From positions 13,326 through 77,325 of IMG/VR virus record IMGVR_UViG_3300042292_000345: a stretch of 64,000 nt of DNA, one strand, 5' to 3'. Every line of letters begins with the position of its first letter. The stretch's first letter is position 1. The DNA is from a virus. Shown here piece after piece: positions 1 through 10,500 of this stretch. Below the pieces are notes generated by a model that was given only the letters and a program-made list of their open reading frames with translations, was not told where the DNA came from and searched no databases. The position numbers and the translations under genes were made by a program.

Positions 1-1
1 A

Positions 2-271
2 GAGCCAAAAGGTTACAATGCAAGTTTAAGAGCTACTTCAACTTCAGTATCTAATGTTAATGATGAAGATTCTATTGGTGAAGCAGTAACCAATCTTAAA
101 GCTGGCAATGCAGAAGTTCAAAACTCAAGCTTTTACTTCTTGGGTAAAATTGAAACTATTGAAGTAACACCATCTCTAAGTGATGCAACTACTGCTAAAA
201 TTACGATTGCTATGCAATCAGATTTAGTAGGTGCATATACTATTAACTACGGAACGGATCTTCAAGCTTAA
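2..271 (+). CDS. Major tail (tube) protein, C-terminal fragment (5'-truncated by window)
   Basis: Open frame from 2 to TAA 269-271 (..SSFYFLGKIETIEVTPSLSDATTAKITIAMQSDLVGAYTI..); followed by a hairpin, chaperone genes and the tape measure gene, the usual siphovirus order. Confidence 0.65.
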   Translation, partial: EPKGYNASLRATSTSVSNVNDEDSIGEAVTNLKAGNAEVQNSSFYFLGKIETIEVTPSLSDATTAKITIAMQSDLVGAYTINYGTDLQA

Positions 272-278
272 GTATCCA

Positions 279-304
279 AAGGGAGAGGTTTAGACCTCTC
301 CCTT
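279..304 (+). terminator. Hairpin after tail tube gene
   Basis: AAGGGAGAGGT-TTAG-ACCTCTCCCTT, perfect 11-bp stem; weak U tail. Confidence 0.6.
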
Positions 305-319
305 CCTTATAGGACTATC

Positions 320-568
320 ATGGAAAATGAGAATAGACCTTTTGACTTCGATTATGTGATTTGTGTTACTAAACATGAAATACTAAAATGTATTGATCGA
401 AGCATTAATAAAACATTTGAGAGAACGAAAGAATTCCAAAAGGATTCTGTCAAAACGACTGAAGCGTTCTCTACATTATCATATCTTCATCAACTGCGAG
501 TGCAAATAGATGAATCAATTAAATATAAACCCAAAGGTGGCAAAAATGTCAGAAGTAAAAGGAATTAA
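320..568 (+). CDS. Hypothetical protein in tail module
   Basis: 82-aa ORF with AGGA RBS. Confidence 0.7.
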   Translation: MENENRPFDFDYVICVTKHEILKCIDRSINKTFERTKEFQKDSVKTTEAFSTLSYLHQLRVQIDESIKYKPKGGKNVRSKRN

Positions 569-872
569 AAGCTTAGTTGGTCGTAAAATGACTAAAAGTG
601 TTAAATTTTTAGATGATTCAGTAATCATCAGTAAATTATCAGTAGATGATGTTATGGAAGTCCAAGCATTAGCTAAGGAAGTTGAAGAAGCTAAAAATGA
701 AAACGCAGGAATTGATATTCTTAAATTGGTAATTAGCAAAGCTGTTGAAGGTGGTGGTGAGCTTACCGAAGAAGATTTTAATTCCTTTCCGATGGATGAA
801 CTTTCAAAATTAGCAAATGATATTATGAAGTTCTCTGGCATGACCACTGAAAGTGCGGGAAAGTCGAACTAA
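546..872 (+). CDS. Tail assembly chaperone (lambda gpG-like)
   Basis: Acidic ~108-aa ORF upstream of the tape measure gene; ends in G GGA AAG slippery site; ATG 546 preferred to 510. Confidence 0.75.
   Translation: MSEVKGIKSLVGRKMTKSVKFLDDSVIISKLSVDDVMEVQALAKEVEEAKNENAGIDILKLVISKAVEGGGELTEEDFNSFPMDELSKLANDIMKFSGMTTESAGKSN
857..863 (+). other. Programmed -1 ribosomal frameshift site GGGAAAG
   Basis: G GGA AAG in X XXY YYZ register; the -1 frame is open and continuous with ORF 917-1246. Confidence 0.85.
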
Positions 873-1246
873 GTAATGATGACTTAGCTGTATTTGAAAT
901 AGCATATCAGCTACGTATGCCTATATATCAAATGACAAGAGAAATGCCATATGATGAATTTTTAGGTTGGTTATCTTACTTTGATGCTCGTCCTATTGAA
1001 TGGAGGGCAGATGATAGAGCAGCTAAAATGATTCAATCGCAAGGTGTAAAAGCCAAGCCTCATGAATTGTTCCATTCTCTCGATGCAATATATAACAGAA
1101 GACCTGGTGGTCCTCTAAAAGAAGGGCAAGTAGACACTAATAACCTAAAAGGTTCTGCACTATTTAATAAACTATTTAGTGCTCAAGGTGGCGAACAATT
1201 GGAGTTCTTACATGGTAGCAATCAATCCGTTCAAGAAAGCATTTGA
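857..1246 (+). CDS. Tail assembly chaperone, frameshifted part (gpT-like; gpGT fusion)
   Basis: -1 frame reads GKVELSNDDLAVFEIAYQLRMPIYQMTREMPYDEFLGWLSYF..., a gpT-like EF.GW..YF signature. Confidence 0.75.
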   Translation, partial: GKVELSNDDLAVFEIAYQLRMPIYQMTREMPYDEFLGWLSYFDARPIEWRADDRAAKMIQSQGVKAKPHELFHSLDAIYNRRPGGPLKEGQVDTNNLKGSALFNKLFSAQGGEQLEFLHGSNQSVQESI

Positions 1247-1493
1247 TGCAGAAGTCAAGAAACAAGTAGATTTAAAAGCTAGAGATCTCACAGAGAAACT
1301 TAGAGAGTCTACCCTCACCCCTGATGCTTCTGCTCGATGGAATTATGAAAATGGGAAAATTGTGAATGATGCAAAATATATTGTTGATTTAAATAATGGC
1401 AATAGCGCTACTCATCCCTCTCATTTTATAGAAAGGACTTTACTATCAGACGAAGATGTAAAGCCTAATGGAGCTATTATAGCTCTAAACTAA
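1212..1493 (+). CDS. HK97 gp10-like neck/tail component
   Basis: IVNDAKYIVDLNNGNS..HPSHFIE resembles the N..Y...LN.G.S..AP..F motif; GGAG RBS before ATG 1212. Confidence 0.5.
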   Translation: MVAINPFKKAFDAEVKKQVDLKARDLTEKLRESTLTPDASARWNYENGKIVNDAKYIVDLNNGNSATHPSHFIERTLLSDEDVKPNGAIIALN

Positions 1494-1498
1494 AACTT

Positions 1499-1527
1499 AC
1501 CCCTTCATGAATTTGAAGGGGTTTTTT
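1499..1527 (+). terminator. Intrinsic terminator
   Basis: ACCCCTTCA-TGAATT-TGAAGGGGT followed by T run. Confidence 0.65.
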
Positions 1528-1540
1528 ATTGGAGACAAAT

Positions 1541-4500
1541 ATGTCAGGAATAGCTATAGCAGTAGAAGCTAAGGTAGACAAAGCGCAAAGAGACCTTCAA
1601 CTATTAAATCATACAGTTTCAAATATATCTACTGAAGTTAAAAAGGCTACCTCTAGTTTCTCTTTGATGTCTAAGTCTATTGTAGGTTTAGGTGGTATTG
1701 CTTTAATTTTACCCACGATCAAAAGCATTGATGCTACTTTTACAAATATTGAAAACAAAATAAAAACCATAACAGGTGCAACTGAAAGATTTAATACCGC
1801 ATTTTCTGGGGTTTCATCAATCGCAAGAGACACTCGTTCTACACTAGCAGATACTACTGATTCTTTCTTTAGGATCTCATCAGCTATTTCAGAAACTAGT
1901 CTAGATATGGATAAGGTTCTGGTAGCGACAAGAGCAATACAATCAGGTGCTATTCTTGCTGGCGGTAATCTTGATGGATATCGTGCAGCCGTTATGCAAC
2001 TAGGGCAAGGACTAGGTAGTGGTGCTTTAAGAGGTGAGGAGTTCAACTCTGTTATCGAGCAAGCTTTACCTATTGCAAAAGCTATTGGAGATTCTTTAGG
2101 GGTGTCTGTAGGAACTTTAAGAAGAATGGCAAATGCAGGCAAGCTTACATCAGATCTTGTATTTAACGCACTAATAATGCAAGCCGGTGCTTTACAAAAG
2201 AAAGTAAGCTCTATGGATATTACTATAGAGCAGAGTATGCAAAGTTTAAAAGAGACATTAAAATATGTATTTAACTCTTTTGATAAAGCAGTAAATATGT
2301 CTGGCTTTCTTAGTAGAGGGATAGTAGCACTTTCAGGTAAGCTAAGTTTACTAGCAGATTCTGCATTTAATATGGGGACTGATATAAGCTCCGTATTAAA
2401 TAGTTTATTTGCTTCAAAAGATCTTAAAAGAATTGCAGATATAGCAACAACTATGCTATACCCTTTCTATTTTGCTGCTAAGCAATTTGGAAAACAATTT
2501 ATGTTATTTTTGAATGCTAGAGGTATAATCTCATTCATGAATAAAATATTTGTTGAGACTACATCAGCAGCAATGATGAGTATAACAAAACTTGGAACAA
2601 AGCTATATACTCTTGGTGTTATTTTACGTGCAATAGACCAGCAAGGCTTTCTACAAGGGAAATTAGCCGTATTTGATGCATTTGGATACGCTGTAAAATC
2701 TTTCTTTGTAATGTTTCATTTTTATGTACAACGTGTAGTAAATCCTATTAATCAAGATATTTATGCAATAGGCAATTCTATAGATCAAACATTTAATGTT
2801 ATACCTGGTAAGGTAATTAAATTATTTGCAAATTTCACAGCACATATTTCTCATTTTATACAAGGTTTTATCGGATTATATGATACTTCTATAGGTCGTC
2901 TTTTTAAAAATCTAGCAGAAGCTTATGAGGATTTTGTAGCCGACTTTAATAATAGTGTATTTGGTTTTAGTCCCTTAAGTAAGAAACTTGAAAAATATAA
3001 AGAAATATTAGCAAGAGTTGTTCTTAAAAGTATCCCAGAAGTATTGATAAGAGCTGCAGGAGCTATCAAAGCTGCCCTTATAGGTTTTATTAAGCCTTTT
3101 AAATCTGTTGAAGAAAGAATTTCAGCAAGCAGTAGAGTACTTCCTAAAGTATCTTTAAGCTTTGAAGAAATGGCAACAGGAGTTAATAAGGCTGGCAAAA
3201 TATTAGTAACTGGTGCAGAGAATGTAAAAGACTTTTTTATGATGCTAGTATCAACTGATTTTAGCAAACTAAGTAGTTCTTTTAGCTTTGATGGATTAAA
3301 GAAAAATATTTCTAATTTTGTAAAGTATATTTCTAACACTAGCCTACTATCATCAGTTAAGTCTTTTGTAAAAGATCTATTACCATCTGATATACTATCT
3401 AAAAGTGCTAGTGTATTCTCAAATACACTTCAAAAAATTATTGTAAAAATCAGAGACGTTCTTGGTTCTTTATTTTCTATGGATAAGATTAAAGGGCAAT
3501 TGACAACATTTTTGCCAGTAATACAGAGCGGTCTGTCTTCTCTTTTATCTACTCTTACAGATGCTGCAAGTATTGTTTATAGTAAAGTCAGTAGCTTTAT
3601 TGACTCGTTTAAACAGTTAGAAATGGTATCTGCAGTAACTGATAAAGTTGAAAAAGTATTTAATTTTATTAAAAAGAAACTAGAAGGCACATCTCTGGAT
3701 GTTGATTTCAGTGCTATAAAAGATAAAGTAAAATCTTTATTTAAAGATAGCATTAGTAGTGATATTACATCATCTATGGCATCATCATCTTTTAAATTTT
3801 CAGATTTTAAACATATTGCTGTAAAAGCACTAGATAGCATCGTAGACGGCTTCCATAATATTGTGGCTGTAAGTAAGAAACTTTTATTTACAAAACCAAA
3901 AGAAGCACTCGATTATATATTAGAAAAACTATCTATTGTAAAACAGAAAATAGGCGAATTTGCTACTAGTATAGGTATCCCTAGTATCGATCTTAGTGTA
4001 AATTTAGAACCTATTAAAAAAGCTATAGGCGTTGCTAAAGAATTTATTGGTAGTATGGTTGCCGATCTTAGTGATGTTTTTGGCACTAATTTTACAAATC
4101 TTAATCTTGATACATCTAGTTTTTCTAGTTTTAAAGCAAGTATTCTAAAAGCCTTTGATGAAGTCTCATCAATATTTAATAAAAATCTTGCAGTGCTATT
4201 TGCAAAACCAATGACATTCCATGTGTCTGCAATAGCACTTGGGGAGATGTTCCCTGAAAATAAAGTGACTGAATTTTTATCTAAACAGTTACGTGCAGTA
4301 GCGGTAAGAGGCTGGAAAGACTTTATTATTGCTTGGTCAAATACTGCAAATGCTGGAGACTTATCTGAAAGAGTTGGTGAATTTGCTAGTACAACGATTG
4401 TCAATGCAATAAAGAATTATACATACGCCCTACCACAATTGGCAGGCGCATTAATGAGCATTGGTTCGAGTATATTTAGAGGCTTTGTGGAAGGTCTTCC

Positions 4501-7500
4501 AATTGTTGGAAAAGTTTCTGAAGTTGTATTTAATTTAGCTGAAATGCTTGGTGTAGCAGGTCCATTAGGAGTGATAGGTGCCTTTTTATTTGGCAGTAGC
4601 ATTCTTACTACTCTGGCTGAAATAGGTCTATTACCAGCAACCTTAACAAAAGTAGCAGGCGCAATGCATACTGTTAAGTCATTCTTTATGGGAAGCTATG
4701 GCACAAGAACAGCTACTGGTGCTTTTACTAGTGTTCTTGGCACTATGTCGCATGAGATGTTTAACTCTGCTAGAAGATCTTTCAGTATTGGAGCAGCGCT
4801 CTTAGGGGCAGATATGCTGGGAACCTTTGATACAATGTTTAAGGACTCTCCAATTGCCCATAGCGTAGCTAGGGGTCTTGCTGTAGGCTTTATGTTGTTT
4901 GGTCATGATGTACCTAAATTAATTGCTGAACATGTACTAAAGCCAATAGCAACAGGCCTTTTAATGGGCGGACCGGCGCCTTTTAGTAATTTTCTTGTTA
5001 ACTATCTAAGAGGTGGAGACCAAGGCCCATTATCTGCAAGAGTTGCAAAAACAATATTTGAAAAAGTAGATCAAATAAGAGATATGTTTGTAAGTCGGAT
5101 GGAGGGTATTGTAACTGGTAAAGGAATATTTGAATCTCTAATCTATGGTAGAACAGGTGCTATTACTCAGCCACAACAATCTTCTCGTATTTTTGTAAAA
5201 TATGAAGCAATGATGCGAAGCCTACAAGGACATGCTGGCTCTTTTGCTGCTACTATAAGGGCACAAGTACCTGTGCTTGCTACACTGATGTCAAAATGGA
5301 CAGCTTTCGATACTGCATTAGCAGCGTCTGGAGGATCTGGTGGTAGGCTCTTATATGCATTGTTTGGAAAAGGCGGATTGATTTTAAGAATTGCACCTAC
5401 TATTCTATTAATCACAGGTTTACTAGCAGCATTCTCTACATTTGCAAGTGAAGCTGAACAAATCCCTGACTATATAAAAGGAAAAGAAGGCTTTGCAGCT
5501 GTACCTAGAATGGAAGTTCCACAACCTGAAATAGTAGTAAATAAACCTACTATTGCTAGTCAAGTAAAAGAGTGGATGTCAGCTGCAGGAGATGAATTCA
5601 AAGCGACTTTTCCAGCTTTTGCAAAAATAATGAAAGATCTTTCATTATTGCCTTATAAGATTTTTAATTTTACAAGTCTAAGATCTTTATTTGCAGAAAT
5701 AGGTAACTTATTTACAGATATATATGATGCTTCTATACCTTATATAGTTGCTCTTGGATCTATTGTAGGTAAGGTATTATTAGATCAGTTCAGTATGATT
5801 ATGAAGCTGGTTCAAAGTTTTGGCTCACTTATAAATGCTTATTTTACAGGAATAGTAAATCTAGGACAACTTGTAGGCGATACTCTTGCAACGTATACCG
5901 ATGTACTTGTTGCAGTAATAGGTGTAGGTCTGGTAGTCTTTGATTATTTTATACAGCGTTCTAAAAATGCAACACTAGCATTATCGCAGTTTCTTAAAGT
6001 ATTTGCTAAATCTAGATTTCTACCAATAGCGCTTGCTATTGGTGGTGTTGGTGTAGTATTTGAAAAATATTTTATAGAAGGAGTAGATGTCGCAATTGAT
6101 AGAACTACGGTTTTTGGACAGGTTCTTTCAGCCCTCTTAACTGTAGCTACACTTGTCTTTAAGGTATTTAAAATATTAAAACCTATTCTTCTTGCCTTAC
6201 CTTTTATTGAGCCTTTGCTTGCTAAATTAGGACCTCTAAGAGAGGGGTTTAGAAAATTAGGAGAGACTTTTAAAACGAGTTTTACTGGTTTTAGATGGAC
6301 AGATATTTTTACATCACCATTAGAGACAATTAAAAAGCTAGGTTCAACAGCTGTAGAAGGTCTTAAAGGCTTATATACAACTATTACAACAGCTACAGTA
6401 AGTGCAGCAAGCAGTGCAGGCGCAAGAGCTGGAGGTGCGTTTAGCAGAGCAATAGCAGCTGCATTATCAACTAATGGTTTCTTAATAGTAGCAGCGCTTA
6501 CAGGGGTGCTTGTAGCTGCTGCCAAAGATATTGATGGTAGAAAATTCTCTGATATTTCTGGTATTTCTAGTTTTATTAACTTCTTTTTCGATCTTGCTGC
6601 TGGTGCTGCCGTAATTGCAATAGGCTCTTTCTTATTGCTAGGTAAGTCTACTTGGGATTTTAGAAATAAGGTATTAGCTGCTACAGCTGCTCTAAGAGCA
6701 CAGCAAGGTGCTATGTTTGTAAATGAAGCAACACTAGCTGCCCATGCTGCAATGATGTGGAAAACTTATGAGGCACCACTACTGGCAATGCCTGCTATGA
6801 TTGCATCCAGAATGACAAGTTTGTTTGTATTTGCCGGTTCAATAGCTGCAGGTGCTTTTGCAGGTGCTTTTGTTACTAATGCATTAATGCACCAGTCCGA
6901 GTATACTGAAATTGGCATAATGATAGGCACTTATCTTGGTTTTATGATAGGCAGATCGCTTATAAAGTATCTCGGTACTATAATGGTAGAAGCTTTTACT
7001 GCAGCAATGATAGGAAGTATAGCAGCTTTAGCAACTGCTGTGGGCTATGTAGGAATGGGATTAGCAGGTTGGTTTAACTGGTCGGATGACTTCTTAACTC
7101 AACTATCTTCAATCTATGATAAGCTAAAAGATATTGCAGGAATTGTATCAGAAAAACCTGATACAAAAACAGGCCTTTCAAAAAGAGCTTTAGATTTCGC
7201 TAAATATAAAGGTATTGAGATAGCTTATAATATTGGAAATATTAAGGAATCTATATTATCTGAAAATACTAAGAAATCTTATAAAGAAAGTATTTCAAAG
7301 TTAAATGAAAGTCTATTGAAAGGGAGTGAAAATGAGCTGACAGGTGTTGAAGTAGATCTTCACGAAATTCAAAATAATGTAAAAGCTTCTTCTAGACAGG
7401 TTTCAAGAGCTACTAACGAAAGTATGATTAGTATTTCAAAAGACTATGATAAGTTTGCTACACTATTAACTAGAATAGGCAAAATAAACCCTGCAGATGA

Positions 7501-10500
7501 GCTTTTTAAACTTAGTAAACCAGAAAAAGTAAACTATGATGATTATTTGAATGGAATATTAATGGGTTCTGAAAATAATAATGTGCTCAAAGATGGGGGC
7601 ATTAAAGGTCGGATCCAAAAAGCAATGGAAACTTCAATAGAAAAAATGTCGACTGGTGGGGATTTTAGCCCACAATTGACAGCTAAGATAAATCAACTAT
7701 ATTCTTCTCTATTTGATACGCTTAATACATACTATGGTGCCATATATGAGAACAATAGTGATAAGTCCAAGACCACAGCCTCAGCGGCTGAGGGCTATAT
7801 TGTTAATATTCTTTCAGATATTGAAAGATTAAATGTATGGAAAGGTGCAGTAGACGAAGCAGCTTCTGCAGCTAATAAATATACAACTAGTATAGCCAAT
7901 ATTTCAACAAATTTAAGTAAGTATAAGATAGACTTTAAGACTGAAGATTTAAATGTTGATACAAGTCTTACTGATTACTTAGATAATACTTATAATTATC
8001 TACTAGAGATTGATAATCAATTAAGTAAAGCCTATGATAAGAATAATAGAATACGTCTAACTCAGATAAAAGACTCTGCTATTGAAGAAGCTAAAGCACG
8101 TGTAGACGCAGCTAAGAAAGTTCAAAAAGATTATCAATATCAATTATCTACATTCACAGATGTAGGTATTGAAATCCCTGATGTTGCTAAATTTATGAGT
8201 CCTGAAAAAGCTCAAGGTATTGTAGAAAACTTTAAACAATTAAAGCAGTTACAGGAAGATATCCAAAAACCTGCTGTAGAACCTGTAATGCCTGAGATTA
8301 ATCAACTCTGGTCTATGCGTAGTAAAGAAGAAACTGCAAGAGCATTTGAGGCATATGTTAGCCAATTACAAGACTATAATAGAATTGTATCAGCTAAAAT
8401 AATGGGTGAAGCTGGTTTAGATAACTTCCGTAATGCAATATCTAGACAAATATTTGAAGGTATTAAGGGCGATAAAGCAGGTTATGCTAAGTATATCTAT
8501 GGTATTGTAGAATCTATTGGCTCTCCTGTAATTGATATGGTAGATCAATTTGGTTTAGACACCATTGATGGTATAGCTAATCAAATAGCAGAGCTATCAA
8601 TAAAAGCAGAGATGTTTAAAAGATCTGGCGACTACTCAAAAGAAGCACCTTTGAGACAGCAGATAGAAGATTTAAAGATGTCTATAAAGACACTTGATAT
8701 TCAACCTTTACAATCTGTTATTGATTTGTTAGATCAAGGTATTACAGGTAGAGATCTTCTTTCAATTTCTGATAATGATCTTGCTAAGCTTGCAGCACTT
8801 GGAAAAGCTATTGCAAAATATAATAAAGATCTTTCAGAAGCTAGACGTACTAATTCACCTGTAGATACTAAGAGAATTCAAGGTCAGATTCAAGATACTA
8901 AGAAACAAGCTAAACAAATAGCTGATGTTTATCGCAGCGCTTTGCCTAGTTCATTCTCAAATATTTATGGTAGAATGGGACTAGAAGGAAAAGCAAGCAG
9001 TGTCACAGCTGGTCTATTCATGAAACTTGCTAATGCTTCTAAGAATATTGAAAATTTAGAATTAGATAGAGCCCTTAAAAGTGATACTTTATCTGATTGG
9101 AAAGATTTTACTGATCAAATTGAAAAAGCTAATATTGAACTTGAACGTACTAAGCTACTTGGTCCTTTTGTAGGAGAAGCCTTAACTTCTGCATTTAGTG
9201 ATGTCGGAGTTAGTGACTTTAATGAGATGGTGGCTTATGGCGCTGGGCAGCTTACTGAATTACTTGGTCTTGCTAGAAAGAAACAAAGTATTAATTTAGA
9301 TATTAAAGCAGGGGCTAGTGAAAGTGAAATTCAGAACTATATCAATAGTGTTAGACAACTTGCAGAAATTGCAGATGAAGTTGCTAAGAAACGTATTAAC
9401 ACTATTACAACTGGTACTGATATTACTCAAGCATTTTCAGATGCAGGTGCAAGTACTAATAAAGCTGCTTTAGCAAACTATCAGTATGGTGCTTCTCTAT
9501 TAGCACTTAGCAAAAAGTCTGCATTACTGAAATTAGATCAAGCTAAACCATTAACACTTCAAGCAGCTAAAGAAAATCTTAAAGCACTAGCAGATATTGA
9601 CAGACAGTTAGCAATTTATAAGAAAATTGTCATGAACACAAAAGAGAACTTTGATAGCTTTAAATCTATCTTTGATTTCTCTGTTGATGATACTTTATAT
9701 GCTAGACTATCTAATGGTATTCTTGGATTGATGGGTAATGTAGCTGCTAGAATTGATTTATTGATGAAGAATGCATCTGATAAAGATGGTCTTTCAGCAT
9801 CTACTAGGTCTCTATATGAAGCTCTTGCATTAGTTAAGAGAGATGCTAAAACATACTCTTCTTTACTAACTAGTGTGTACGAAGCTCAGCAATCTAGGTT
9901 TGATAGTAATAAGACTAAGTATGATAAGATTTCTACTGCATTTCCTAATTTAGGAATGGATAAGAATCTTTATGGTACTTTAGATAGAGCTGTCAGATCT
10001 GGATTTGAGAAAAGTGCTAACTTTAGTGATTTGTTTAGTAAGATATCAGATCTAGGCGCATTGCCAGTCAAACTAGCAGATGAGCTAGATAGATTAGGTA
10101 ATCTGTATGCTAGTGGTAAAAATGTAGACATCGATATGATTGCTGCTGCCGTAACTCAATATGGTGAAGGAAATCTAAAAGCAAGACTTGAAGCTATCAT
10201 GTCAAGTACTAAAGATCCTTTTACTAACTTGAAGACATCTACAGATGATCTAAAAGGTGCTATTGAATTACTTAGTGAAAATGTTGCTGCAAATACAGCT
10301 ACACTTAGAGGTGAAGCACCTAAAGCAAAAACTAGCATGAATATGTCTAGTAATGTAGAGAGTCTGTTAGCTGCTTCTACTGCCAAGTATGGTGTCCCAT
10401 TAGATCTTGCTAGAATTGTTACTCATATCGAATCAAGAGGTAAGAATAATCTTACTTCTGAAACGGGTAATAAAGGCTTAATGCAGATTAGTAATGACTT

